Below, piece by piece: positions 35,980 to 48,700 of a DNA stretch of 64,000 nt; the first letter of the stretch is position 1, and the number at the start of each line of letters is the position of its first letter. Source of the stretch: Mobula birostris (lineage: Eukaryota); assembly GCF_030028105.1 (NCBI RefSeq), contig NC_092383.1, forward strand, positions 76,487,359-76,551,358, written 5' to 3'. The position numbers and the translations under genes are program-made. The notes beneath the pieces were generated by a model that saw only the letters and a list, made by a program, of their open reading frames with translations, did not search any database and had not been told where the DNA came from.

Positions 35980-38900
35980 AAAGTGATAAAACCACTCACA
36001 GCAGCTATTGAACAGTGAAATCAATTTATTTGAGACAAAAATAGCAGGAATCCGAGTAGTTTGATGCTGATTTAAACCATGGAGAGAACAAAAAAAACAA
36101 GTTTAGTCACACGCCAGCTCAATGCCTATGTCTCCAGCATAAACCCCCTCCCCCACCTAATTCTGCAGTAGAGAGCTTTGGGAGTCTTGGAGTATTGTGA
36201 GCAGATTTGGGTCCCTTATCTCAGAAAAGATGTGCTGCCATTGGAGAGGGTCCAGAGGAGGTTCATGAGAATGATTCCAGCAATGAAAGGGTTAATGTAT
36301 GAGGAGCATTTGATGGCTTTGGGCCTTTACTCGTGGAGTCTGGAAGAATGTGGTGGGATCTCATTGGAACCTATCGAATATTGAAAGGCCTTGACAGAGA
36401 GGATGTGGAGAGGATGGGGGAGTCCAGGACCAGTGGGGACAGCCTCAGAATAGAGGAACATCCCTTTAGAACAGAAAGAACTTTAGCCAAAGGATGGTGA
36501 ATCTGTCAACTACATTGCCACAGACAATGGTGGAGGCCAAGTCACTGGGTATCTTTAAAGCGGAGATTTAGGCTTTTGATTCGTAAGGGTGTCAAAGGTT
36601 ACTGGGAGAATGAGGTTGAGAGGGATAATTAATCAGCCATGATGGACTGGCAGTACAGATTCAATGGGCCAAGTAGTCTAATTCTGCTCCTATGTCTTAT
36701 AGTCTTATGGGTCTGATCTACCACTGCAGTTTGGAACTAGACACGCGTATAGGAAGAACAATATAGCACAGTTCCAAGCCCGTCAGCCCACAATGCTGAG
36801 CCAAGCTAATTAAGCCAATGAAACCTGGGCATGGCAAGGATATGTATCCTTGTACCTATTTAAGAGCTTCATAAATGCTTCCATTGTATCTCCCTCCACC
36901 ACCAACCAAGCAAAATAACCAATCAACATTCAGCAGGTCTCAGCCTGAACATTTCCGTCCATGGGTGCTGCCTGACCCACTGAGTTCATCCAGCATTTTG
37001 TGCACGTTGGACCATAAGCATTCACAGTTTCTCTTTCCCCTATACTGCCTGACTTGCTGAGTGTGTCCAGTGACCCTCGTTTGTTTCAAAGCATCTTTAG
37101 TTGAAATGAGTGGCACAACCTCACTTGAAGGGCATCATTTCTGATAGTACATGCCTTTGTAATTGGGAGAATATAGGACAAGGGGACACAAATTTAAATT
37201 TAAACCTACATCATTGATTTCAAAAATGGTACGTTACATTTTTAGCTTGTGTGGTTCTTGTTAATTTATCTGCATTACTATCATTATTGAATGGTAGCAA
37301 ATCGAAAATTATAGCAGCCGTGGTACATACCATTTCTCTCCTTTTAACATATGAAGAATGTAAGGCAGATTTGGATAAAAGAATACATTTGGAATACATA
37401 ATGTAAATTTGGAATGCGAGTACTGCCTCCAAGCTAAGCTGGAAACCATCTTCAATAATTTGATTAATTCATTCCAGGGTAGTTAATAACTCCAAATCAA
37501 TAGGTTTACAAGGAATTAAATTGTTTGCTCACTCCCGAATGGTAACTTTCTCTCCAGAGAACAGAACATTCAGGACACACCAGGAAGTTTCGCTTGAACC
37601 TCTATCGAGTATTTCAAAAGTAGAGAGAAAAAAAATAGATAATGTTGGAGGACAAACTGCGCCTGTGGAGAAAAACACAAAGTTAATATTTCAAGTTAAC
37701 GACTCTTCCTCAGAATTAGAAAACTGAGAACACAAGTGTTTAGTTTTAAAACTGCAGAGAGGAGGAGAGTTGGAGAGAACAAAGGGCAAGTCTGTGATAG
37801 GTGGACACCTAAGTTGACCAGGTAATATATTACTTTCAGAGTGACCTAGTTAAAAGACGAACTAGGACAGTTTGAATGAGAATAAAAAAGTTATGCTGAA
37901 ACTGTGAGAGGCATAAGACAGAAGTTCTTGGAAATCCAACAGCATAGTATAGCATGGTAGATACAATCAGAAAATCAGTTAGTTACCATTGAGGTATAAA
38001 AATCTGAATTAAGTTAGGCGATCCCCTCCCACCCACCTTCTTATTCTGCCTCCTACCTTCTTCCCTTCCGGTCTTGATGAAGGACCTCAATCCAAAACGT
38101 TTGCTCTTTATTCCTCTCTAGTGATGCTGCCTGATATGCTGAGTTCCTCCAGCATTTTGCGGGTGCTGCTCTGGACTCCAAACATCTGCAGAATCTGTTG
38201 TGGTAGAGGTAGGTGAACCATCTTCTTTGGCATTCAGTGGCATGACGATGATTGGGTTCCCAACCATGTCCGATGACTGGAACCTCAAGTAGGACATTCA
38301 CATAAATATCAAGGCTGCAAAGGCAAACTAGGTATCCTGAAAGCGACTCCTGTCCTTCCACCGAGTCCAAGGCACAAGTCAAAGATGTGAAGGAATACTC
38401 ACCACTTGCCTGCATGAGTAGAGTACCACCAACTCTCAAGAAGGTCGACAGCATCCAGGATAAATCGGCCCAATTCACTGGTACTCCATCAAACTCTCTA
38501 AGCATTCATTCACTCAACAACCGGCACCCATTCATGCCATCTTTGAAACCCAAAGGTCAAAGTAAATTTATTATCAAAGTACATACGTGTCACCATAAAC
38601 TACCATGAGATTCATTTTCTTGCAGGCATTCATAGTAAATACAAAGAAACACTATAGAATCAATGAAAAACCACACACAAGACTTGGAAACAACAAAAGT
38701 GCAAAAGACACCAAGCTGCGCAAATAGAGAAAAAAATAAAGGAATAATAAAAATTTTAAAAATAAGCAATAACTATTGAGAACATGAGATGCAGGTACTC
38801 ACTCAGTCTACTCTAACAGCACCTCTCAAACCCAACCTTTAACACTAAAATATCCAAGAGCAACAGATGCATGAGAACACCTCTTCCTACAGGTTTCCCT

Positions 38901-41900
38901 CCAAATCACACGACCTTTCATCATTGCTAGTCCTACATACCGGAAACCTTCCCCCCATCCTGACAAAAATATGGGAATACCTTCACAAGAAGAATTGTAA
39001 CAGTTGATGGAGGTGGCTCACCGTTCCCTTCTTAAAAACAATTAATGATGCAGGTCTTCCCAAATCATGAAAATATATATATATAGAGGGAGGGGGAGAG
39101 GGAGTGGATAAAATATATGTATATCTATCTATACATGTATCTACCTCTATATATAGATAATAGATATTAATATAGATACATATATTGTATGTACATAAAG
39201 TGACTCTAGGCACAGCACATAAGTTCACTGTCAGGAAATGATAAAGTACTGGTGGTGGCTGGTGTGATTGTGGTTTCATATGGCAGGTGTTTTTCTCTTC
39301 ACACTTCTAACTGGCTTTTGTCAAGCCGCTCCTCCAGCTCCTGGCGCATCATTAGGCTGCAGCAAAGCCGTCTCAGATCTTGGTGAGAGGGCATGTTTGG
39401 ACGAGGTGGAGGACGTCTTGGGTTGGGGCACCATAGGGGAAAGCTGGGGGGTGGTGTGATGAGGTAGCTTAATGGATGGGTGTGTTTATCAGCCTGATGA
39501 CTTGGCGGAAGTAACTGTTTTTCAGTCTGGTGGTCCTTTCCTGATTGTAGCTTCTTCCCTGATGGGAGTGGGACATCAGTCCACAAGCAAGGTGGTTGAG
39601 ATCCATCATGATATTGCTGGTCTTTATCCAGCACCTTTGATGACCTATGTTCTTGATGTCGAGCTTTACGTGCACACAGGTATTCATATATATATATATA
39701 TATATCTCAGATCTCAGGTACTCTAGACTGAAAATTATATTCATGTAAATTATTTCTGAATCTTTCAGAATAATTTGTCTTTGTTTAATAACTTATGTTT
39801 TTGATTCATTGAGGATTAAGGAAACACATAGGCCCCTTCAGTCCACAAGATAAACTCCATGTTCAGCCATTCAGTAAGCAGTATTCAATTTGTTAAATAT
39901 CCTGTTGAAATAAATATTCTGCAATTATAAACAACAAGAATTAATGTCACAGTTTGGAGGATACAGGTTCATTTGAAACGTCTTTCATATTGACAATAAA
40001 CGAGACCTCCTGCCTTCTTCAGCTACTTTGTTGACTGTCCACTTCACTCTCCCATCTTTCACTCACATCTCTTGGTTTCTTGTTATCTCCCCAGTCTTTC
40101 TAGCCCCTCGTACATAGCTCTGATCTCATATTCCTCAGAGTCAACTTGGTTCTGATCCCTTCTCTGGTGTCTCCATTCTCCTACAACTCTCTCATTCTTC
40201 TCACACCGGACTCATCTCCAACTCCCTTGCCAAAGATGCCTGGTCACAAATCCTCTCTCCCTTTTGCTATCATCACCTCACTTCTGGCCTTTACTTCATT
40301 TTGCATTACCCTCAGACCAGGTGGTGAAGAAGCAGGAACCAAAAGACAGTAATCACTGAAACATACTTATTACTCTCCAGAGCTGCAGAGTTTGAAGGGC
40401 ATTTTGGACTCAGATATACTTGAGTAATTTTCTTTGCATGGAATGAGAAGAGCTTTTCGTGCACACAGGTATTCATATAAATATTGCTTGATACTCACCA
40501 AACCCGACAGCATTTCAAAGAGGAAAGAGCTAAGCAATTATTCACTCATCACAATAGTTTTCTATAGACCAGCAAATCTTTCCTTTTCAATTACTTACCT
40601 AGATCTATTTTGTAGTCTACGAATCATACTGGTTCCATTGCCCTTTCATGGTTACATACTTCATAAAACAAATTCCTCTTCAGCTGCTCCCAGGTTGTAT
40701 GGTAATTTTAATAATGGAGAAATGTTGATGTTAATGAATGAGGAACAGCCTCCATCCACCAGCCCTCTGACTTTCCCACCAACTCCCAATAGTCACTGTG
40801 TCGTATTTAGTAACCAGGAGTTCATGCTCCTGTAATCCATGACATCAGTGAGCCAAGTTACCAGCATGACAAGACAAACCTCTTGACGCTCTGCCAACAA
40901 CCCCCACTCCAGAATTTCTTCACTAACATTTCAAAGCTCCTTAAATGATTTTCAAACTTTGGATTCATTCCTTACTTCAAAATCAAAATTTTAAACCATC
41001 CTAGAGTCTAGCATCTCAAATGTTATAAAATCCTGGCAAACTCCTGTTTTAGAAACTGTGAATCATTATGGAGACCATTTTGCCCAATAAATGCCTGCCA
41101 GCATTTGCAAGCACCATCCATTTAGTCCCATTTTCCTGGCTCACACCAAGCCCTCAAATTACATTATCTTCAAGCACTTAATGGATTTTGAAAACTACAG
41201 TTGAACTTGCTACCTTTGGAATCTATCTTTGGAATGTGGGAGGAAACCAGAGTGCCCAGAGGAAAGCTATGTGGTCACGGAGAGAACGTACAAACCCATT
41301 ACAGATAGCAATGGGAATGAAACCCCCTTTTACAGCTGGAACTGTAAAGCATTATGCAAACCATTAGGCCTCTGTGCCATTTCATATCTCCATTAAATGA
41401 TCTCTGCCCTAAAGTGAGCAATCCTAGCTTCTCCATTTAATGGAATTCCTTTACCCTGGAACCATTGTGATAAATTGCTATTGAACTCTTTCAAAGGCAC
41501 AGAGTGTAGTACCCAGAACTGCACTTATAACCAAACTGTAATTTCTATTCATAGAGCCTAAGATATTTTGTACATTTTTATCCAGTCTCTGAACTTGTCC
41601 TGCCACCTTCAAATATTTATGTTCACATAACGCCAGCAGTCTCTGTTCCTCCATTCTATTTTGTACTGTACCTTTTTTTATTGGATTGCCTCTCCTCATT
41701 CTTCGAAAATAATTCATTTCACAAGTCTGTGCTAAATTCCTCATGTTTGCTAATTCTACCAGTCCATGTCCTTGTGGAATTACAGTCATGCCACCTACTA
41801 CTTTACTAAGTGTTAATGCAGGCTTGAGAGGTCAAGCGACCTCGCCCTGATTCTAATTTATATGTTTGCATGTGGATCTATTGCTATTGTCATCACTCTT

Positions 41901-43077
41901 TGCTCCTCTTCCAAAGTTTAATGTCATTGGCAAATTTTCAAATTTAGAAATTGAACCCAGTTACAAGTTGATAATATCTATTAATGATTAGATTAGATTA
42001 GATTAGATTAGATCTGATAGTAGGGAAATAAAAGGTTATGAGGGAAAAGGCGGGTAGGTGGGTCCACCAGGTCAACATTGATGTTACTGAATGGTGGAGC
42101 AGGCTTGTTGGGCCAGATGACCTACTCCTGTTCCTATTTCTTATGGTCGTATGTAGGAAAAGGAGTGGCCATAGTATCAATTTTAGAGAACATCAATGTA
42201 TACTAACCTTCAGTTCAAAACACATGCTCACTGTTCCCTGTGCTAGATCTACATTATATGTCCACTTGTGTTCTTCATTCCATGGATCTTGTTTTGCTAA
42301 CAGACCCATGAAGCCCTTATTAATTGTAATCTTTATATGTAATTACTAATTGTAGCCTTTATATAGCAGCATAAGATTAGCAGCTCTGGTTGGATATATC
42401 CTTAAGGATTTCATTATGTGAAAAATTAGTCAGCTCCATCTTGGGTTCTAGCCTCCAGAGTATCCAAGGCATCTTCAAGGAGCAGTGCCTCTGAAAGGCA
42501 GCATTCATTAAGGACCCCCATCACCCAAGACGTGCCCCTTTCTCATTGTTGGCATGAGGAAGGAGACACAGAAGCCTGAAGATAATCACTCAGTGATTCA
42601 GGAACAGCCTCATCCTCTCTGCCATCTGATTTCAAAATGGATATTCAACCCATGAACACTACCTCACTTTTTTACTATTTCTGTTCTCGAACTATTTAAT
42701 ACACATATATACTTACTATAATTCATTTATTTATCTTTTCTACATTTATCCTGTATTGCATTGTACTGCTGCCACTAAGTTAACAAATTTCACAACACAT
42801 GCGGTGATATTAAACCTGATTCTGATATGTCATTGCATCTCCCACTGGTATGTCCAGCTTCCTGCTAATGCATATTCCTGAAGGAAGCCTGCCAATACAA
42901 CTGACTCTTCATGGTTCACTGATGTCAGTCAAATTGCTTTATTCTTCCTAAATGGATGCTGACTTTAACACTCCCTCAAATCTAGCTCATATTTAGCTTC
43001 AAACTAATGGATCGCTTCCAAAGACAAAGAAAAAGTCCAGTACTATTTGCAAATGTTCTTTTCCATTCCGATAAATA

Positions 43078-43083
43078 TTTAAT
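43078..43083 (-). terminator. Candidate polyadenylation signal of the protease-like gene (ATTAAA; alternative AATAAA at 42938-42943)
   Basis: Hexamers on the minus strand 130 and 270 nt downstream of the stop codon. Confidence 0.4.
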
Positions 43084-43149
43084 ATTCAAGTCTAATCAGA
43101 AAAAGAATTATTATTCATGGATACATCAGTCAGGTTTGGATATAATCGC

Positions 43150-44600
43150 ACATCTATAGGGGTTGAACGCCGCCGGGAGTTGCTCAGCGTCTATGGTGCC
43201 CTTGGGGCAGGCTCACGTCGCCAGCATAGTGAGCATGAATGAGCGGATGTGGGCAATTGTCATCCCAATTACAGAGGAGCAGCGGACGCTCCCGGACGCT
43301 GCCTCGGCAAAGGTGACCGTGGTCGCTATACCTGTGATTGACACGGATGGAGGAAGGCAGGGTCTGTAGACCGTTGTGTGATTCTTCAGAGGCTGGACTA
43401 TCACAACCCCTCTGTCTCTGTTTTTGAACCTCATTCTCTTCTGCCTGGCAGCATTATCCACTCCGTACTTCCTGAAGTCAAACATCTTCCCATAACGGGC
43501 AGTGACTTGTTCAATCCAGTTCAGATACGACATGGTCATGGTGAAGACTCCGGGCCAGCGCTGGGAACAGTCGTTCACCCAGCTCACCAGCCCGATCTGG
43601 AAAAACTGCTGTCGGTTCCAAGCTTTGCAAACCACCGGACCGCCGGACTCGAGGAGACAGGCAAGCTCTTGGTCCTTGAAGTCCATGCACATCATGGAGG
43701 GCTGGAGCTTGCCGCTGAAGATAGTGTCGTTGCAGTCTTTGAAGGAGACGAAGACGACAGGCACTTCCTGGAGTAAGTCGGAGGTCTCCTCCCCGGACTT
43801 CATCCACCCCGTAATGTAGCAAGCGGACCAGCGGTTGTTGAAGAAGATGTCCCTGTCGGGGAAGCAGACGGGCTTTATGTGTTCGTCGAAGGCGATGCGC
43901 TCTCCCATCCTGACCAGGGCGATATCGTTCTCGCCTGTCTGCTCGTTGAACTCTTCGTGCATGATGATGTCGTGCGGCTTGGTGTAGCGCGCCCATTGCT
44001 CGGGTCTCATCTGGTCGTTGAGCCCGGTGACCACCACGATCTCACGCAGGTTCTGCGGCACGGGCGGGATGAAGCAGTGGGCTGCCGTGATCACCCAGTA
44101 CTCGCTGATGACCGCCCCGCCGCAGAAGTGCTCGTTCTCTGTCGCCAGCTCCAGTCTGACCTGCCATGGCCACGCACTCCCTTGAGGGGTTTGGGCCAAC
44201 CCGGGCGGACAGGCTCTTCCCCCGCTGTCCGGCCGCCTGACGCCGCACTCGGTGGGGTTCTCGGCCAGTAGCCGCGGCACCAGGATCACCAACCAAAGGG
44301 CAGCCGCTCGTGGCATGGGCATTAACCCTCAGCACATGATCCGCGGGCTCGGCTCCGGGGCCGCGGCTAGGGCTCTGGATTGAGTGCGCGGCGGGACGGG
44401 GGGTGACAGAGGGGCAACGCGGGAGGGGGCCCAGGTGACTCTCGACGTGGTGTTTGTGATATCACGGCTAGGGTCACTAGCGAAAGTGGCGCCACCTCTC
44501 CCAACTCTGTGACGTCGTTAAGAATTATGGTATCACTAGCGAGGGATCCGTGAGGTGGGCTGGCTCTGCTCTTATCCTCCACGGCTCGATTCAATGGCGC
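43150..44600. promoter_or_regulatory. CpG island covering the protease-like CDS and its promoter
   Basis: Abrupt GC- and CpG-rich block within AT-rich, CpG-poor flanks. CRE-like TGACGTCG at 44510-44517, palindrome GTGATATCAC at 44456-44465, and CACTAGCGA twice. Confidence 0.75.
43213..44322 (-). CDS. Intronless S1A (trypsin-fold) serine protease-like protein, 369 aa; signal peptide, atypical active site, hydrophobic C-tail (acrosin/testisin/PRSS55-like architecture)
   Basis: Signal peptide MPMPRAAALWLVILVPRLLA; CG.R propeptide; WPWQV, HFCGG, VITAAHC, NDIALV, IKPVC, CYITGW, LQE, MMC, ESGGPVVC, IGLVSW, PGVFT..YLNWI. All canonical disulfide Cys are present. No stops or frameshifts over 1110 nt. 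Confidence 0.92.
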   Translation of the reverse strand: MPMPRAAALWLVILVPRLLAENPTECGVRRPDSGGRACPPGLAQTPQGSAWPWQVRLELATENEHFCGGAVISEYWVITAAHCFIPPVPQNLREIVVVTGLNDQMRPEQWARYTKPHDIIMHEEFNEQTGENDIALVRMGERIAFDEHIKPVCFPDRDIFFNNRWSACYITGWMKSGEETSDLLQEVPVVFVSFKDCNDTIFSGKLQPSMMCMDFKDQELACLLESGGPVVCKAWNRQQFFQIGLVSWVNDCSQRWPGVFTMTMSYLNWIEQVTARYGKMFDFRKYGVDNAARQKRMRFKNRDRGVVIVQPLKNHTTVYRPCLPPSVSITGIATTVTFAEAASGSVRCSSVIGMTIAHIRSFMLTMLAT

Positions 44601-44654
44601 CTTCAAGCCCATTGAATACAGCAAACACTCTCCCTCAGAGGGGTGCTACACTGG

Positions 44655-45790
44655 CTGGGTTGGTGAGGAAATTATGAGGAAAGGTTGAACAAGCTAAGGG
44701 AGTTCTCTTTGGTGCAAAGGAGGATAAGGGGTGACTTGATAGTGGTGTACAAGATAACAAGAGGCATAGATCCAGTGGACAACTGGAGACATTTTTGCAG
44801 GTTGGAAATAGCTAGCTAGTGTGAGGGGCATAATTTTAAGGCACTGAGGAAAGCATAGGGAGGATGTCAGAGGTAAGGTTTGTTTTACACAGAGAGTGGT
44901 GGGTATGCAAAACATGCTGCCAGGGTTGGTGGCAGAGGCAGATACATTGGGGATATTTAAGAGACTTTGACATAAGCACATGGGTGATAGAAAGATGGAG
45001 GGCTATGTAGGAGGGAAGACCTTAGAGTAGGGTAGAAGGTCTGCACAAAAACCTGTACTGTGCTGCACTGTTCGAAGTTCAATGTTCTAACTGTGCTCAT
45101 CCTATTTGCCTGTGTTTGGCTCATGTCCCTCTGGTATTTGTTTCTATCCAGGTAACTGTACAAATGCCTTTAACTGTCATAATTGTGCCTGCCTGCACCA
45201 CTGCCTCAGGCAGCTCATTCCATATATTCACCACCTTTTGTTTGAAAACTTTGTCCCAAAGGTCCCTTTTAAATCTTCCTACTCTCACTTTAAACCTTTG
45301 TCCTCTAGTTAACCTCCACAAAGTCACCTCTCACCAGCGTCCTACATGCCAGAAATTGAAGCCCTAGCCCATCCAGCCTTTTCTTATAACCAAAGCCCTC
45401 CAGCTTGTAAATCTTTACCCTCTCCAATCCAGTTTTACTGCCTCCTATACCTAGTTGACTGGAATTGTACACAGTACTGTACACTAAATGTAGACTTACC
45501 AATGTCATGTACAGCTGCAACATGATGTCCCAATTCATGTACTCAGCACTCTGACCAACGAAATCAACAGCATGTCAAATATCTTCTTCAGCACCCTGAC
45601 TACTGAGTCATTACTTTCAAGCAACAATGTATCTGCACTCATTGGTCTCTATAGTCTGGAACAATTGTTGTGTCCGTTTGCCTTATTTTATTTGAAATGA
45701 GCTTCTTCCGCCATTTATCAGCCCACTGATGCAGTTGATCAAGAACCCGTTGTAATCTCAGATGACCTTCTTCACCTTCTTCGCTCTCTG
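44655..45790. mobile_element. Two CR1 fragments in tail-to-tail orientation (44655-45090 +; 45095-45790 -)
   Basis: The plus copy has AGGATAAGGGGTGACTTGATAGTGGTGTACAAG..TTTTACACAGAGAGTGGTG. Minus ORFs read KQKVVNIWNELPEAVVQAGTI and DIMLQLYMTLVSLHL. Confidence 0.75.
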
Positions 45791-48700
45791 GCAAAGAGCC
45801 TCAAGATATTTTGGGATCCCTCATCCTGCCAGGTCTGTCTAGTCATAATGATTCCTGGAATCTCCCATAGCATCTGGACAGCTAGTCAGTAATTAGTCAT
45901 ACAGTAAATCAGCATGGAATCAGGCCCCGCAGCTCAACCTGTCAATGCCAAACAAGGTGCCCATCTATGCTAGTCCTATTCACCCATGTTTGGCCCTTAA
46001 CCCTCTAAACCTTTCCTATCCATGTGCTTGCCTTTTAAATATTGTTACTTTTACCCTCAACCACTTCCTCTGGCAGGTCATTCCACGTGCTTACCACCCT
46101 CTATGTTAAAAAGTTGCCCCTCAGGTTCATTAACTATAGCTCTAACTTCAGCACAACAATTCCAAACAAACTCATCTCTAAACTCTTTGGCCTTGGATTC
46201 AGCAAACCCCCCAACCCCATCCCCTCTGCAAATCCTTGTCTTCCAGACCAACAGACTGCAGTTAGTAAGGATTGGCAGCAACACCTCTGTCAATATTATC
46301 CTCAGCACTGATACCCCATAAGGCTGAGTCCTTACTTTACTCCTTATACACTCGCGACTCTGTTGCCAGATTCTGCTGTAAGTCCATTTGGAAGTTTTCA
46401 CTGCACTGGGCCAAATTTCAAACAATGATGGGACAAGATTAAGGGAGGAGATAATGACGTTGGCATCATGGTGTCAAGACAACAACATCTCCTTAAAGCC
46501 AGGAAAACAAAAGAGCTGGTCATTACCTTCTGGAAGTGGGCCAGAATACATGCCCCATCTGTATCAATGGTGCTAAGGCGGAAACATTCCTACATATAAA
46601 TATCTCTAACTTAGCCTGTTCAACCATATCGCCAAGAAAGCACACCAGCTCTTCTACATCATCAAAAAGTGTAGGAAAATTGCACGTCCCTGATGCCCTT
46701 CACCAACTTTTATAGATGCACTGTAGAAAGTATCACATGATGTATCACAGCTTGGTATGTCAATTGCTCTGAACAATACTGCAAGAAATGGCAGAGAGCT
46801 GTGGACATAGCCCAGTCTATCACAAAAACTAGCTACCCTCCATTGACTCAGTCTCCTTTTTTCACGGCCCGAGAAAGCAGCTGTGATAATCAAGGACCAC
46901 TCCCACCCCGATCATTTTTCTCTGCTCTACTAACAGACAGAATATACAAGAGCATGAGGATACATACCATGAGGCACAAGGACAGATTCTATCCTGCTGT
47001 TAAAAGACTATTGAACAGACCTCTTATATGATAAAGAAGAACTCTTGCTGTCTCATGAGGTCTGTGAATTTTATTCATTTGCCTGCACTACACTTTATCT
47101 GTAACTAGCACTGTATTTTGCATTCTTTTTGTACCATTTTAGCATACTTATGATCTGTGGATGGCATGAAAACAAAAGTTTTTCAAAGTATCTTGGTACA
47201 TATGACAATGATAAACTAACTACTAAAATGAAATACTTCATACTTATCTGAATTAAACTCCATATACTGTTCCACAGCTCACCCAGTTGATCACTGTAAT
47301 TCCTTCTTCACTGTCTACGAATCTCCCTGTTTTAATGTCATCTGCAAACTTAATATGTCTTTAACATTCTCATCCATATCATAGATATAAATGACAAAAA
47401 AATGGGCCCAGAACCTAATCAACAACTTTCCACCATCATCCTTTCCTTCCTACCATCAAGTAAATTCTGTAGCCAGTTAGGTAGCGCTCCATGAATCCCA
47501 TTCAATCTTGCCCTCCAGAGCAGCATATAATGCAGTACCTTATCAAAGTTTTAGCCAAAGTCCATATAGACTACATCTACCACCCAGCCCTCATCAGCCT
47601 TCTTGGTCACTTCTTCAAAAAACAAGGCAATCAAATGTGGAAAAAAATCAAACTGTACTTATGCTGCTGGCCAATCCAATATTCAATAGGACTTCCAAAG
47701 GCAGTGATTTGTTCAAGGAATGACATTGAACCCAAAAGACCATCGCTCATTGGCTCGTTCTCGGATGACCAGGTAATGTGTGTTAACCTTCAGGGACTTC
47801 CAGGAACTGTTTACCAAGTTGGCAGCATGTGTGCAGTACAACACCATCTTTGATAAGTATGCATTTGTTGGAAACACCAACATATAAATATAGAATTTCT
47901 AAAATTGAGTAAATTAAAGAAAACATTTTAATAGAAAATCAATTACTTTCTTCCTTATGGCCCAGTTTCGCTGGTTCTTGGATGATATGTTGATGCTATT
48001 TATAGAAAAAACTTGCATTGTAATATAGATAACATCAAAGGTAAGCTGACCACAGTTTCCTGATTGTGCATAAGTCAGGATGTTACCTCCTACTGTGTCT
48101 GTCTATTAATCTCAAATTATCACCCCATTTGCAAAATAAGGAATCAGCCCTTAAATTTAATTCCCAGAAGCATTCTCCAGAGGAAAATCCTGTTATATTA
48201 AGTGTAAGAAATACAATTTGAGATTTCTGCAGAGGCATAGAACCAGAGTTTATTGTCAGTGCCGAATGAACAGTATCATGCACTAACTTTGCGTCTGGTC
48301 AGTGCCTTTCACTGGAGATCGTTCACACCACCTTGCTAAAAAGCCCAGTGACCTCTATGAACACATGATACACAAATGAATGAAGCAAGTGGCAGCATAA
48401 TCACTGTTTTTTTAAAGCGTGGCGGAGTTTTTATTTGAGATATGAATTCAGTCTGCTGAATGGACTATTTGTTACCCAGAAGGTGATTGTAGATCCTGTT
48501 TCCCAGCTGGTCTCCCATTTGAGTACTGACCAAGTCTGTGTTAGTGTAACTGGATACTCACAGGGAATGCAGCCGGGAATGCAACTGTATTGAAGGGTCT
48601 TCAATGAACAAAGCACAATCTGATCCAGAGAATGGCACATAGTTGATTCACCCCAATCTCAACTCAGGCACTGAAGGCAAAATGAAATGAAGCAATAAAC

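Noticed and set aside
5411-43000. Exons of GNAI3 or other mammalian GPR61 neighbours
   Set aside because: No G-alpha motifs or other recognisable host exons seen by eye. Small exons could have been missed.
43378-44335. Overlapping ORFs 43378-43776, 43502-43819, 43511-43996, 43879-44271 and 44042-44335
   Set aside because: Shadow frames of a GC-rich CDS, with no motifs of their own.
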